DNA of 64,000 nt from Veleropilina oligotropha (lineage: Eukaryota): contig JBEUKZ010000097.1 in NCBI GenBank assembly GCA_048128005.1, forward strand, positions 62,001 through 126,000, read 5' to 3'. A program made the position numbers and the translations under genes. The notes below the pieces were generated by a model. The model had not been told where the DNA came from. It did not search any database and saw only the letters and a list, made by a program, of their open reading frames with translations. This document shows positions 13,436 to 27,840 of the stretch, piece by piece (position 1 is the stretch's first letter; every line of letters begins with the position of its first letter).

Positions 13436-15124
13436 TTATTGCACAGAGTCCATTGATGGGATATGGGTTAGCAAGTGCTGCTCGAGATTTCCTTTCCGCA
13501 AAAATGATGCATCACAAATACTGCAATGATAAGGTTTGTGTTCTGTGTGTATCCGCAGCATATGTTGGCTAAGAGTGCCTGATTGTGTAAATGACTTGCC
13601 ACACAGAGTGCATTTATAAGGTTTTTCACCCGTGTGGATTCGCGTATGTTCTTTTAGAGTGCTTGACTTGGTAAAAGACTTGTCGCAGAGACTGCACTGA
13701 AATGGTCTTTCTCCAGTATGGGATAAAGTATGTTGACGAAGCGCACTATTAGCCGTAAATGATCTGTCGCATAAAGTACATGGGTACCGGTAGTCTCCAG
13801 TATGGATTGCAAAATGTCGACGGAGACCAGGAGATTGTGAAAATGACTTGTCGCACACAGCGCATCGATAAGGCTTTTCCCCTGTGTGGGTGAGCAGATG
13901 TCCCTTGAGAATGTTTGAAATGGAAAATGACTTACCACACAGATGGCATTGATGAGGTTTCTCGCCTGTATGGATTAGCATATGCTGGTTGAGGCAGCCG
14001 GATTGGCTAAAAGCCTTCGAACAGACACTGCACTGAAATGGTTTTTCTCCAGTATGGGATAAAGTATGTGTACGAAGTGTACTATTATCCGTAAATGATC
14101 TGTCGCATAAAGTACATTGGTACTGGCAGTGCCCAGTATGGATGGAGGCATGCTGACGGAGATACCGAGAACTTGAAAATGACTCTTCACACACAGAACA
14201 TTTATAAGGTTTCTCGCCTGTGTGGGCGACCATATGCACCTTAAGACAGCTTGATGTTGAATATGACTTGTCACACAGATGGCATTGATGGGGTTTTTCT
14301 CCCGTGTGACTTAGCATATGCTGGTTGAGGTGGCCTGCTTGATAAAATGACTTGTCACAGATACTGCATTGAAAAGCTTTTTCTCCTGTATGGATTACAG
14401 TATGTTGACGAAGGGTACCATAATAAACAAATTGCCTGCCGCAAAAACTACACTGATACGGGTAGTCTCCTGTATGGATTGCCGCATGTCGCTGGAGATT
14501 TTGAGAACTTGAATACGACTTTTGGCACACGGAACATTGGTGACGTTTCCGTCCTGTATGGGTTAGCATATGCTGCTTGAGTCTGGATAAAACAGCAAAA
14601 GATTTACAGCAAATACTGCATTGATGAGGTTTTTCATTTGTGTGGATTGTCATATGGATTTTCAGTTGGCTTGATTCGCTAAATAACTTTTCACAGGCAC
14701 TGCAATGATAAGTTTTTAAATTATTTGCAGGCGATAAAGAATGTTGACGAAGATTACTAGTAGCATTCAATGCCACATCATCTACAGTAAATGGGTATCG
14801 ACTCCCTTGAGTATTGACTGGGGATACCGGGACATTGACAACTTCTTGTGACACACACTTCATAGATGAGGTTTCCATCCTGTGTGTAAGCCCCTTTGGA
14901 ATGTTGTATGATAAAATTGAATTGTTAATTATCAGCTTGACTGGGGATACCGGGACATCGACAACTTCTTGTGACACACACTTCATAGATGAGGTTTCCA
15001 TCCTGTGTGTAGGCCCCTTTGGAATGTTGTATGATAAAATTGAATTGTTAATTATCAGCTTGACTGGGGATACCGGGACATTGACAACTTCTTGTGACAC
15101 ACACTTCATAGATGAGGTTTCCAT
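13436..15124 (-). CDS. C2H2 zinc-finger protein A, 15 fingers, N-terminal 41-aa tandem repeats
   Basis: Intact 562-aa ORF with 15 CxxC..HxxxH units and TGEKP linkers. Upstream acceptor at ~15830. Confidence 0.9.
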   Translation of the reverse strand: METSSMKCVSQEVVNVPVSPVKLIINNSILSYNIPKGPTHRMETSSMKCVSQEVVDVPVSPVKLIINNSILSYNIPKGLTHRMETSSMKCVSQEVVNVPVSPVNTQGSRYPFTVDDVALNATSNLRQHSLSPANNLKTYHCSACEKLFSESSQLKIHMTIHTNEKPHQCSICCKSFAVLSRLKQHMLTHTGRKRHQCSVCQKSYSSSQNLQRHAAIHTGDYPYQCSFCGRQFVYYGTLRQHTVIHTGEKAFQCSICDKSFYQAGHLNQHMLSHTGEKPHQCHLCDKSYSTSSCLKVHMVAHTGEKPYKCSVCEESFSSSRYLRQHASIHTGHCQYQCTLCDRSFTDNSTLRTHTLSHTGEKPFQCSVCSKAFSQSGCLNQHMLIHTGEKPHQCHLCGKSFSISNILKGHLLTHTGEKPYRCAVCDKSFSQSPGLRRHFAIHTGDYRYPCTLCDRSFTANSALRQHTLSHTGERPFQCSLCDKSFTKSSTLKEHTRIHTGEKPYKCTLCGKSFTQSGTLSQHMLRIHTEHKPYHCSICDASFLRKGNLEQHLLTHIPSMDSVQ

Positions 15125-15180
15125 TGTGTGTGTAAGACCCTTTGGAATGTTGGATGATTAAATTGAACTGTTAACAATCA
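14817..15180. repeat. 123-bp tandem repeat x ~3 encoding METSSMKCVSQEVV..LTHR
   Basis: Directly visible in the DNA and in the translation. Confidence 0.9.
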
Positions 15181-15218
15181 GCAGACCTTAAAGAGTTCTC
15201 TCAAATGATCAACTGAAC

Positions 15219-15609
15219 GGTGTCGTCCTATAACGACTACGTTCCTATAACGACTACGATTTTTACCGTAGTCGTTAGAGGAATTGCTAGGGTGTGAAAA
15301 GGGAATTAAAAAGGTGTTAATTACACTGAAGCTGAATTTGATTCAAATGAATGCCCGATCAGGGCTTGAAGCCGCGTCATGGGCAAATATATAAGACATG
15401 GAGGTTTTAGTAGTTTTCTACACAACAGTGACAATGTATATAAGATGGGCAGAATTCGGGCCGCAGGCCTATATATTTAATATATATATTTAATGCAGTG
15501 ACCACATTTAATAACAAAGTGAACACTTCTCAAGTGCCTGAGATGTAATTACCATATCGTAGTCGTTATAGGAAATAGTCGTTATAGGAACGTAGTCGTT
15601 ATGGGCACC
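15219..15609. mobile_element. MITE with 8-bp TSD in the ZNF-A upstream exon
   Basis: TSD AACTGAAC at 15211-15218 and 15610-15617. Ends GGTG/CACC with internal CCTATAACGACTACG repeats. The paralog has the empty site at ~31166. Confidence 0.8.
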
Positions 15610-16524
15610 AACTGAACAGTCTGTCACAAAAGAAAACCATTCTGACATGTGCATTACCAACTTAATATACCCTGCACACTCCACTACCACTGAAATATCT
15701 TGTCTTTTGTGCTGGATGCCTTCATGATTTTTAGCAGTAACGTAACTGATTAAATCAACCTTGGTTCGTGCTAGGAGATCATCAGTGTATAACTCGGCTG
15801 TTTGCTGCTGCAATCAGTATTTGAGACACCTGAAACATAATGGAAACATCCTTAGATTAGTTAAGTGCTTATTTAAATATTAATCGAATGACACTTAGCT
15901 ATGAAAATGAATACTTAATTACGATGTTGTACTATTAAAAGATTTGAGAACAGATTTTCTTGTTAGAAAAAATTTCTTGGCTGATTGGTGAAATAGATTG
16001 GACATAATCTACAAGAATACTTCAATATGTAAGGGATAAACTACTCGATACCGTTGAATAGTTCAGAGAATAAACTCCTTGTCAAGGGCCAGAGACGGGA
16101 GTTTCTTCTCTGAACTATTCAACGGTATCGAGTCGTTTATCTCGCTTAAAACATTTCATGAATGTGCGAACCGTGCGGGTCCCCAAGATGTTCTATTCAA
16201 CAAATCTGCTGTTGACTAGATGAATGGTGTAGCCTCCTAACCGTTGAATAGTTGAATGACTCTTACCTAATCAACAGCCGGCCTTGCATTGTTTCCAAAT
16301 TGAATAGGAAAAATAAGCCACTGCGGACAACAAAGGATGACGTAACAGAAATGTTTTAAGGTTTGATTTGGACTTCAACACACCCTTGAGGGTCATATCA
16401 GGATACGACCATTTTGTCGCAGAACGAATCCCGGTCGCCCGAGAAAGTTATGGACAATTATGAATATGACGGTTAATTCGAACCCACTCAGAACTGCTAA
16501 TCAGAGCAATTAAACGAGTGATTA

Positions 16525-17183
16525 ATGCCTCAGTCACATTTGCTCTACGGCTAGGATACGGCGACCGTAGGCCCCCGAAATCGAGAGATACCTGCGGCGA
16601 CCGCAGAGAATCTGCGGTGGCCGTAGGGTCGCCCTAGGGCGTATCCCTATATGTACAGGCCGTAGGGGTCGCCGTGGAAATATAACGCGGAGTTATAACA
16701 TTTTTTCATTTCTAGGTTCGCCGTAGGAATTAGACACTCCGTAGGCGGTGCCACGGCGAGCATACGTCGGGCGTACGGTGACCTTGCGTTTGCCGTGCGG
16801 CTGCCCTAGGGCCTTTTGAATTGCAATTGACATTTGCGGACCCACAAATAATTGCGGCGGCCGCAGGAATTCTACGGACGTCCTAGGGCAGCCATAAGGC
16901 GGCCCTACGGTGCCCGTACGGCTACCTTGCGCCTGCCTTGGTATTTGTCAAATACCTACGGCTGCCGCAGCGATGCCCTAAGGTGACAGTGCGTCATCAC
17001 TTCAAAAGCCGTACGGCAGCCGCAGGTTTTCTGTCTCAACAAATTAAAAATACACCGTACGGCTACCCTAACAAATGTGACTGCTACATATGTGACCGTG
17101 GGAATGCTGCGGCGGCCCTAGAATTGCTACTAGCCGTAGATATTTTAGACTCCACGGCCGCCGTAGCAAATGTGACTGAGGCA
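16525..17183. mobile_element. Harbinger-type MITE
   Basis: TIR TGCCTCAGTCACATTTGCT / AGCAAATGTGACTGAGGCA with TTA flanks. Empty site in the paralogous arm at ~30030. Confidence 0.75.
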
Positions 17184-17226
17184 TTAGGAGACACGACAAC
17201 GTCAAAATGAAGAAGCAGATTAAATA

Positions 17227-17540
17227 CCGTATTGATGTGCATATAGGCACATGCGCCTACAAGTGCATGAGTATGCGCCTATATCCGAATATAGGTGCAT
17301 GCGCCTATATGTGAGACACTTTATAATTTATCTGACGAAAACCATTATTCACATATAAGCGCACCATACATAAGTGACTCAAACGTTACAGTGATATTGC
17401 GTTATTTCATGTTATATATAGTGTTGAATGGTCATTAGCTTACCTCACAATATTCATTTACCCAAAATAACTACTAAATTAAAATATATAGTTATATTAA
17501 CTACTATTAAAAGAGTCCTATTATATGAATATTGGACGAA
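17227..17540 (+). mobile_element. Partial copy of the 21996-23576 transposon
   Basis: CCGTATTGATGTGCATATAGGC.. matches 21996 onward. Confidence 0.7.
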
Positions 17541-18164
17541 CGTTACTGTGATATTTCATTTTTTTTTTCTCGCAACAAAGACGAAATTTATGTGACATGT
17601 TAAAGATGACGTACAATATGATGTTGTATCTTTTTAATAAGATTGAGTAATAGTTATCTTATTGTAATGTTTTCTCATAACGCCCGACCTTTACATAGGC
17701 ATGATGAAAACTTTTCTTGAACAATTATTGCTTTACTGGCCATTTCTAAAATGCACAGCCGTTGACTTCTGGATCCTTGAGCTGCCAAAGACGTGTGATA
17801 CATGTTTATAGCTACTAACCTTAACATTTTTTAGTCTTGTAAAATACCGGTTTAGTACCGGTATTGGTGGCAGTCGTACCACGGTACGTACCGACTTGCA
17901 TTGAGAATTGCGGTATACCGGTAAAACCGCGCACACTTTATCCGATATGCCATCTATTCGGTCATACAGGGGCTTACGAGTGACGATTAATTCAATTTTC
18001 TGCTGCTCTATAATATACATTATGGTAATAGAGAACTTCGCTTATCATCAGACGAATGATAAGCAGCGATCCAGGCCCCTGAGCTTGGTCATAAGTATAT
18101 GCTCGATTACTGACTAACGGTACCTTAAACTAACAGTGCAGAATGACCATCGTATTACTAAATT

Positions 18165-19752
18165 AACAAGAGCCCGTTAGAAAACGGATTCATCCCCCGC
18201 CTTCCGCAAACACTCTGATATAAACTTTAACCAAAATTTTGGTGTGTGTAGACATCAAGTTACTTCAATATTTATACAAAATAATATTCAATATCATTGC
18301 TAGAGTAAAAGGTGGTATCAATATAATCATCACCGAAGAATACGTAATTATGCAATAATGGAATAGAACGGAAATTCACTCAACGTTAACAAACAAGTAC
18401 CACGGTCTGATATGTCTCGCCCTTTAAATATATATATCAATGTATCAGGAAATTCCATTCAATGAAAAACTTTAACCGAAAAAACTTTAACCGAAAATGA
18501 CACGACGCCGACGACGCCAGACGCCGACGACGCCGCCGGAAAATGTAATCCCTAAGTCTCGCTTTCCCTTCGGGGCGAGACAATTATATGTCCACAAACA
18601 CTAATTTCACATGTTATTTATATTATAAATCACTTGCAGATGAGGAAGCAGCATCAATATAGTCCACACTAAAGTATATGGATGTAAAACAGTGCCTAGA
18701 ACAACCCATATGAGCCCATTGAAAAATTTAAACAAAACTTTAACCAAAATTTCTAAGTCCACATACACCTATTTTTATGCAATAATTATATTAAATTTAA
18801 TTCAGCATCACTTCCATAGTATCAGTTGACCTTCATATTATCAATACCAAAGCATATGAATGTAAAACAGTGCCTAGAACAACCAATATGAGCCCATTGA
18901 AAAATGTAAACAAAACTTCAACAAAAATTTCTATGTCCACAAACACCTATTTTTATGCAATAATTATATTAAATTTAATTCAGCATCACTTCCATAGTAT
19001 CAGTTGACATTCATATTATCAATACCAAAGCATATACACACCAAAATGTTATTTCAACAACCCATATACAATCAATGATTTCTATGTTCAAAAACACCTA
19101 CATCTTAATATAATGGAGCTATAATTGTATGTGTGTGTGTGTGTGTGTGTCTGTCTGTTTCAAGTTGAACTCCTCCCAGACGCTTTGACCTAGGACCTTC
19201 AAACTTTGGGGGGTTAATCGGGGTCCCCCAAGGAAGGTTTACCACGAAAAAAATTCGGAAAATTCGGGAAAAAAAAAATATTTTACTATATATCTTCATA
19301 TAATGGACCTATAATTTTATGTGTGTGTGTCTGTCTGTTTCAAGTTGAACTCCTCCCAGACGCTTTGACCTAGGACCTTCAAACTTTGGGGGGTTAATCG
19401 GGGTCCCCCAAGGAAGGTTTACCACGAAAAAAATTCGGAAAATTCGGGAAAAAAAAAAAAAAAAAAGGGAGCACTATCCAAAAAAAAAAAAAAAAAAATG
19501 GGGGTGGGGGGACTTACCCGGCGAAGACGGGTACCATTGCTAGTTTATGCAATAATTATATTAAATTTTATTCAATCTCACTTCCAGAGTACCAGGTGTC
19601 ATCCATATAACGCCTACAAAAACATATATATGCCAAAAAGTATCATAGGCAAGCTTTATACACTCAATTCGAAACTATAACCAAATTATTTACGGACGTA
19701 CGGATGGACGGACATGGCAACAACAATATCTTTCGGGCGGGGGATAATAAAA
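18165..19752 (-). mobile_element. HINE-like element with internal ~177-bp tandem repeats and nested insertions
   Basis: Ends AACAAGAG..ATCCCCCGCC and GGCGGGGATAATAAAA. Repeats at 18677-18853 and 18854-19030. Confidence 0.55.
19103..19543 (+). mobile_element. Non-autonomous Helitron-like element
   Basis: 5' TC, 3' hairpin ACCCG-GCGAAGA-CGGGT followed by CTAG, inserted between A and T. Internal ~190-bp tandem duplication and (TG)n. Confidence 0.65.
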
Positions 19753-19849
19753 TTAGTTTCGATGTTATATACTGTAGAATCATAAATGAATGCGTATTGA
19801 AAATAATGCGAGGTCCAGTTACAAATGAAAATGCGTGTTGAAATGAAAG

Positions 19850-20138
19850 CTATGGTGGCATATTTCTGCCATCCACATATTCACTTAATTATATGGTCTT
19901 AATATCTAAATATTTATGTGGATAATATATCTAGTTAGCGACATACATGATCTTTTTTCATATATTAATGCAAAACAATAAGTATCTCGCTAACTAGATA
20001 CATGATCTAGATATCGACATAATTATGTGACTAAGTAGATATATTATTATGTAAATAACTACATAATTATCTAGATAATAATACCACATAAATAAGTGGG
20101 TATGTGAATATGTGGCTGGCAGAAATATGCCACCATAG
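19850..20138. mobile_element. Palindromic MITE, 4-bp TSD AAAG
   Basis: CTATGGTGGCATATTTCTGCCA / TGGCAGAAATATGCCACCATAG. Confidence 0.75.
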
Positions 20139-20617
20139 AAAGCGAATCGTGAATTTTGGGAGAAGTTAATTTTTAGGCATGTCAGTATTACTTAGATTAC
20201 TTACATCACCAAATCGTTCTCAGGAAAAGTTTATTTAGTGCTTGTTGGTTAGCTTGGCAATCAATGTCACATGATCACGGTGATTAAAAATTAACAGCTA
20301 TATAATTATATAGGTATCAGTTACATCCTGTCAACACTCTGCATATACCCACAAGAGCCCAATGCTTCAGAAATACAATGTATAAAGAAACAATAGCAAA
20401 CGGTTAATCTTGTTCGATGCCATCAAAAGAAATCATAATGTGCTTAAAATTAGCCGAAAGAAAGCAGGTATTATCATTGAATGTAGCTTTCGTTTAAGAA
20501 AGCATCTTACAATTCTCAAGTGATATTGTTTTGTATGAAAGGACTGATTGAACAGTTTTACAAATAGGATTAGGCCTTGGTAAGCTTACTAATAAATTGT
20601 TGAGCACTTCATTTTGG

Positions 20618-20882
20618 GGTCGGCCGCTTCGGTAGCGCAGTGGGTAGAGCGTCCACTCTAAATTCACTGGCTTGTTTCCGCTGACGCGAACAGTAGTGGG
20701 ATCGACCCCCGGCTGAGGCAGCACACATTTGTTCAAGTTATGAAGCACAGTTGTCCGTGACTGGCCGAAGAGGGCGGGTTTACCCGGCGACCGGGGTTTC
20801 CTCCCGCGATAACACGGACATGTCCTGCCTTGAACCTCGATGTTATAAATATACAGGACATTAAGCATAATTCCTCCTCCTC
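20618..20882 (+). mobile_element. tRNA-derived SINE family 1 (best copy)
   Basis: A-box TAGCGCAGTGG, B-box GGGATCGACCC, simple-repeat tail. Near-identical inverted copy at 33850-34110. Confidence 0.8.
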
Positions 20883-21995
20883 ATTTTGGAGTCTGTTTTT
20901 AAATTGAATTCAACCAGATATACTACATTGAAAATGATATATTATTTTGTGTAAAACGAAAATGCGTATGGAAATTAATGTGTCCGATGGGTAGTCGCAT
21001 TGTTTCTCATTAATTTCTGTTTTTCAGGCCCAGAGGAAGCAAATAAATATTGGTGCGACTAAGTTAATTGTTGGTCAATGGTTTGGGTGGAAAAATTTAG
21101 TACTTAATACTGTGAAATGGCCTCTCCTGCATTCTGAGGCTGCAAATGCGATGTTTATTATCAAAATTATTGGTGCGACCAAGGTCATACCGCTTCCGCC
21201 TGCCCTGTTTTTACAGTATATATATTATATATAACATTTTGTAGTAAGCGTTTATTGTATTTTTAACATTTAATGCAATACCGTATTACTAGTATATCTT
21301 TTATATTTATATTTACAAATTAACTTTTACGGTCATTATTTTTATTGTGATATTGTAAACTACCGGTAATACTGTTTTTACTAATGTTTTCATATATATG
21401 TTTGTAGCGATAATTAATAGCTCAAAATTCTTAGCAAATATTCATTGTACAATGCTTCTTGTAGCCTACAAGTTACAACATACAAAGAACATGTTCGTTC
21501 ATTAATACATGAGAGAAGACATCTGTTATAATATATATAACACTATTACTTAATACTACTTATAATATTTATAGAACAAGTTATCGATTACATAGACAAG
21601 GAGCCCGCATGTTTATTATTTATCAAGAGAAGAAGATATCTGCTACATTATTATATTTTCGAATGAAGAAAAATTACCTATTAAATTATCTCCCTTTACC
21701 AATATAACAATTCGAACACAAAGTGCTTCTCCACACATTTTGGCGTGATAACAAGCTACGTACAACTAGTACACGTTGCTTAAATTATATTCAAGTGCTG
21801 TTTCCATGTGAAATTTCAAAATTACGATATAGACCTATATCACCGAAAATCAAATCGCAAAATATAACTCTTCGCTCAATCTCCGTCGCATGACGTTAAT
21901 GTGCTACCCTGTAGAAAGTTATCGTCCCTGTCAACTCTCATTCTACGTAGAATGAGAGTTGACAGGGGCGATAACTCTCTGTTTGAATACTAGTA

Positions 21996-23576
21996 CCGTA
22001 TTGATGCGCATATAGGCGCATGCGCCTATAAGTGAGTATGCGCCTATATTCGAATATAGGCGCATGCGCTTATATGTGAGACACTTTATAATTTTGCCGA
22101 CGAAAACCATTTTTCACGTATAGGCGCACCATACATCAAAATTGACTAAAACTTTATGGTGATATTGCATTATTGTATTATATAGTGTTAAATAGTCATT
22201 AATTAACCCGCCAATAAACATTTACCCATCATAACTATAAATATATGGTTATATTAACATAAATAAAACAATTCTATATCTATATGAATATCGTGAAGCA
22301 CCTGTGAGTCTATAATTTCCATTATTCACAAATAGGCGCACCTTGCATCAAAATGGATCACACATTAGTTAAGCTATCTGTTGCTGTGTTGCATAGCGCC
22401 GTAAGGGGTGTACAAGAATACAGGAGAATGCCGCCTATTAACTGGCAAATGCAGTTGACGGCCGACCAAAAGTCGAGGTACCGTCATGCTGTGAGCCACT
22501 CTCCAGGCAAAGAGAATACGAAACGACGCCCAGGCTTATATCTCTGCTATCGCTGGTCGCTATGTGGCGATCCGCCACATAGTTAATATACATATTATTT
22601 CGCTTCAGTTTGTAATTTAATGAAGTGCAAATGACATGGTTAAGTGTTTTCAAGAAAAGGGTAGGCTAATAACAACGTTTTAAATATGAAATACAGTGAT
22701 GTTAAACAGCAAATAGTTCCGCGTAGCCATATTCAGCCAATTTATGCCAATTTATTCACCGCGTAGGTAATTAATTAACTGCACAAACGCTTCTAAAAGT
22801 TTATTTTAATTAACTTTTAACTAAATTTGATATATTAAATACATATTAATGTTTGGAAAATTTCAAAGAGACGATATTCCAGTCGGGAAAGAAGTAGGCG
22901 GACCAGCGAGAGCATAGTCTATAGACTATGACTAGACTATGACTATGCGAGCAGAGTGGCTGTGAGCGTGGTGGATTTAAATGGCGGGATGGTCGGTCAT
23001 GTAGCAGCAGAGCACTCAAAACTAGTTTTGATGTGGCAGCAAGAGAGTGATAATAAAGTAAATGCAATTGATGTTATTGATTGATTGATAAAAATAACTT
23101 GATTAAATTAAATATATGTAAATAATTAGAAACTTTTAACGAATTGTAGTGCGCGGCTGATATACTTCAATATATAATGACGGGCGAATCCAGGAATTTT
23201 GAGATGGGTGGAATCAGAAGTTTTACGACCTGTTTTAACATGTTTTCAGTTGTATCAGTATCAAGCCGGGTTTCCATATGCACGACGTCCGACATACGAC
23301 GTCCGACATTCTATAAAATGTGTTTCCATGTACACGACTGCGACATGCGTCAAAACCAATAATTCTTTTAATATTAAAACAGACCTACGTGTGATTATTT
23401 TGGATCGCTTTTATATTCGAATATAGGCGCATGCGCCTATATGTGAATATTGGGGAGCGCCTATGTTCGAACATAGGCGCATGCGCCTATATGTGAGAAT
23501 TTTTTTTTTTTCAACGATCAAGAAAAATGCATTAATTCGCTTATTGGCGCATGCGCCTATATGCGCATCAATACGG
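21996..23576. mobile_element. Non-autonomous Tc1/mariner-like DNA transposon (TA TSD)
   Basis: TA|CCGTATTGATGCGCATATAGGCGCATGCGCC .. GGCGCATGCGCCTATATGCGCATCAATACGG|TA. Confidence 0.8.
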
Positions 23577-25512
23577 TAATGTCATACGTTTATAACCCGT
23601 CCACATCACAGCCTGGATCGCTGCTTATCGTTCGTCTATTTACGTTTGACGACTAGAGCAGTTCACTGTTGCTAAATTATATATATATATATAATATGGC
23701 AACAGAGAACATCTCTCTTTATTGGAGTAAATTTTTTTTCGCAATGCCAGATATATAGGCCTATTCACTTTTCATGTCAACATGCACATTTATTTCATTT
23801 AAGCAGTTTATTGCCGAAGTACGATCTGCTAATCTCTGAAACTGGTAATTCCGAAATAATCGCGGTGATCGAAACATGGCTGGACCAAACTAGTATTCAA
23901 AATGACGAAATATTAATCACCGACTACTCAATTTATAGAAGAGACAGAAATAGACTCAGGGGAGGAGTCGCTATCTAAAAACTATTTGTTGTGTATATAG
24001 ACAAATCAATTGTAAACAAGTAATTCCACTACAAAACCAGCACTACATCTCTGAGAATTAACGAGTGGATAGCACGCACATACATTGCATAAATGTAAAG
24101 AAAATATTGGATTATTTATTTTCCGTGATTGTCGGTATTCTGACACTATATTGTGTGGCGCACTGACACTGTAGTTTGCGTATTTAGTGGATGTTTTAGC
24201 CGTTCCCATGTTTTGATGCTACTACACTAATAGGCCTACTCATGCTACATTTCGCTATGTTCAGCTTTGTGCATACAATAATATTATGTACGCTGAAAGT
24301 GATTCTTGTAAAGTTTTTGTTTTAATATGTTTGCTAAGCATTATATTGAAATGGTTATTCAATAGCGGATCCAGGGGGGGGGGGGCGCCCCCCCCCTTTG
24401 GAAATCAAAAATATCAAAAATTGTGATAATAATATGATCGCACCGTCACAATGCAGGAGAGAGGATTTCACACCGTTAATTGTCAAGATTTTCTTTGACC
24501 AAGTGGTCTGGGTCCCTAACTTTTGAAAATCAGAAATTGATTGTCAGAAAAACGAAATATGTACTGTTACGTTTTAGTGAAAATGGTTTATAAATGTTGA
24601 TCTGAAATAGCGCGTTTGAACTATCAGAATGCAGGAGAGGGGGTTTCACAGCGTAAATTGTCACTATTTTCGGGGGGGGGGGGACATGTGGTCGGTGCCC
24701 AATTTAGAAATCAAACTTCAGTGTGTTTTGATTGTAGAAAAACGAATTTTACTCACGCATATTAGGGAAAATGGTTCATAAATGTTGATAAGAAATAACG
24801 CGATCGCACTGTCAGAATGCAGGAGACGGGGTTTCACTCTGCTAATAGGCAACTTTCCTGGGGGAGGGGCAGGTGATCCAGACATCAATGATCATACCAT
24901 AAATTATATTAATATTTTCTGGGGGGGGGGGGGGGGGTGGCGGGACCCCTTTTAGAGCTCAGACTTCCATGTGTTTGATTGTGGGAAAACGAATTTTACT
25001 CACGTATTTTAGGGAAAATGGTTAATGAATGTTGATTGATATGAAATATCGCGAGCGCACTGTCAGAATGCATGAGACGGGGTTTCACTCCGTTAATATG
25101 CAATTTTCCTGGAGGAAGGGCAGGGGATCCAGACCCCCTTTGAAAATCCGAAATGCATGTGTTTGATTGTGGTAAAATCGACAAATTGCCTCATACATTT
25201 GAGTGAAGGTGGTTCATAAATGTTTGTAAGAAATATCGCGTTTGCATTGCAATAATGCAGGAGAGGGGGTTTCACACCGTTAATTGTCAAACATTTCTTC
25301 GACCAAGTGGTCTGGACCCCGAACTTTTAAAGTCAGAAATGTATGTGGTTAATTGTGAAAATAAAACGAAAGATTGCCTCATACTTTATAGCGAAGGTGT
25401 TTCATAAATGTTGGTAAGCAATATCACGTTTGCATTGTAATAATGCAGGAGAGCGGGTTTCACATCTTTAATTGACCAAATTTTCCATATACCCCACGCG
25501 GACACGATATAA

Positions 25513-25934
<422 letters not shown>

Positions 25935-27049
25935 TGTGCCCCCCCCAAGTGATATTATCTTCCTACGTACCTGGGTGGGAGAAGGTATTGCAATCGGATC
26001 TGTCTGTGTGTCTGTCTAAGATGGCATTCTCAGCTTGAAGACAAATAAAGCTTCAGGCCCTGAAAATATTACTACAAATTCATTACGTAAACCTGTCCAT
26101 TCCATATCATCCGATGATCCCCATTCAAATGTTTATTCCAAAAGAGTCTAAATCGGTCAATTTCCAAAATCATGGAAAAGTTCAACTGTAATGCTCAGAA
26201 ACATGGTGCTAATACTCCAAATGATTTTAGACCGATTTTACTAAGATGTAATTTCGGCAAAGTCTTCGAAACGGTGGTATATAAATATTTATTTAATCAC
26301 GTTAATTTTACCGGCTTATTATATCCTTATTAAGCTGGATGTTTGCCCAGTCATTCAACAGAATCCCAACTACTGAACATCTATAATAAAATTATATCTG
26401 AATTAGACAAGGGAAATGCCTGAATTAACATTCCTATTTTGCGATGTGTCAAAGGCTTTTGATAAGGTTTGGTACAGAGGCCTCTTAATAAAGCTTAAGT
26501 CGTTTGGTATAACTGGTCAGTTGTTGAATTGGTTTGGAAATTATTTATGTAATGGACGTCAAAGGGCCCTAATTATGCAATGGCGAATTTTCAACCTGGG
26601 GTTTTACTTCCTCCGGTGTCCCATATGGGTCTATTCTAGGACCTCTCTTATTTTTTTATTTTATTATTGATATAACAACCACTATCGACTCTGAAACGCG
26701 TCTTTTTGCCGACGATAATTCGATGTTTATGTATCATAAACCTAATGACGACATTACTGAATACTTAAATCATGAGATCGAGAAATTGTACCAATGGTCC
26801 AAACTTTGGCATGTTAAATTCAACCACAATAAAAGTATAATGTTTAGTAATTTCTAGAAGTCATAATACTATATAATACCTAAGCCAAAATGAGTAATAT
26901 CCCTATTGCAATTGTAAATAGCCACAAACATTTAGGATTAACGTTTAATATCACAGCAACCGTCAACGTGGGACGACCACATCAAAGATATAAGGCAGAG
27001 AGCATCTAAGAGGGTTGGACTTCTAAGAAAAAATAAAAATACAACTTAA

Positions 27050-27480
27050 AGGCCGGGAAAGGTGACCCCCTGGTCGAAGATTTTGCCCAGGCATTGGGTG
27101 CATGGCGTTACATCGATGGATATACAAGTTGCATGTGAAGTCTGGAGGTGATAATTGCTCTAACAACTAAAAACACACTTCGTAATTGGATTTCTGTTGT
27201 TTTAACCATGTGGCAACCAATCATGTCGATGTGGTCTGATCAGTTTCCAAATCAGAAATGAGGTCGGTGGTGGTGGTGTGATGGAGTTTTAGGCCCGCGT
27301 CCACCTCTTTGGTGTTTTAGCAGGCCAGTTCCTACAGGAACCACCGGTGACAAAAATAGGTGTACACAATAACAGTGTTATGCAAGAATTACTTCTCACA
27401 CCAGTGCGACACTGTTATGTGACTTATATCAGAAATGAGGTCGTCCCCGCCTGTCGCCTTTTATAGTGGCACCCCGGCCT
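27050..27480. mobile_element. MITE inserted at TTAA in the LINE (Kolobok-like)
   Basis: TTAA|AGGCCGGG .. CCCGGCCT|TTGA. LINE coding similarity resumes afterwards. Confidence 0.55.
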
Positions 27481-27640
27481 TTGACTATAAATAGTCTTAA
27501 GCATTTGTATGAATTGTATGTTGGGCCGATTCTTGAGTACTCGAGTATCGTGTGGGATAATTGTTTCGAATACAAATCCGAACTTATTAAAATAATACAA
27601 TTTGAGTGTATCCGAATCATTACAGGTCTACCTACTGTAC

Positions 27641-27840
27641 CACAGGCGCTCGGCGCAGCGCTCCGCGCAGTAGTTCTTGGCCACGTTCGAAAGACGCCCG
27701 TCTCACAGTAACTATATATTATATAGTTACTGTGAGACGGGCGTCTCACAGTAACTATATATTATATAGTTACTGTGAGACGGGCGTCTTTCGAACGTGG
27801 GCAAGAACTACTGCGCGGAGCGCTGCGCCGAGCGCCTGTG
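27641..27840. mobile_element. 200-bp foldback MITE, 8-bp TSD TACTGTAC
   Basis: Near-perfect palindrome CACAGGCGCTCGG..CCGAGCGCCTGTG. TSD at 27633-27640 and 27841-27848. Confidence 0.9.

Noticed and set aside
20618..20720. tRNA gene
   Set aside because: A and B boxes are present, but there is no clean cloverleaf and a multi-copy SINE body follows.
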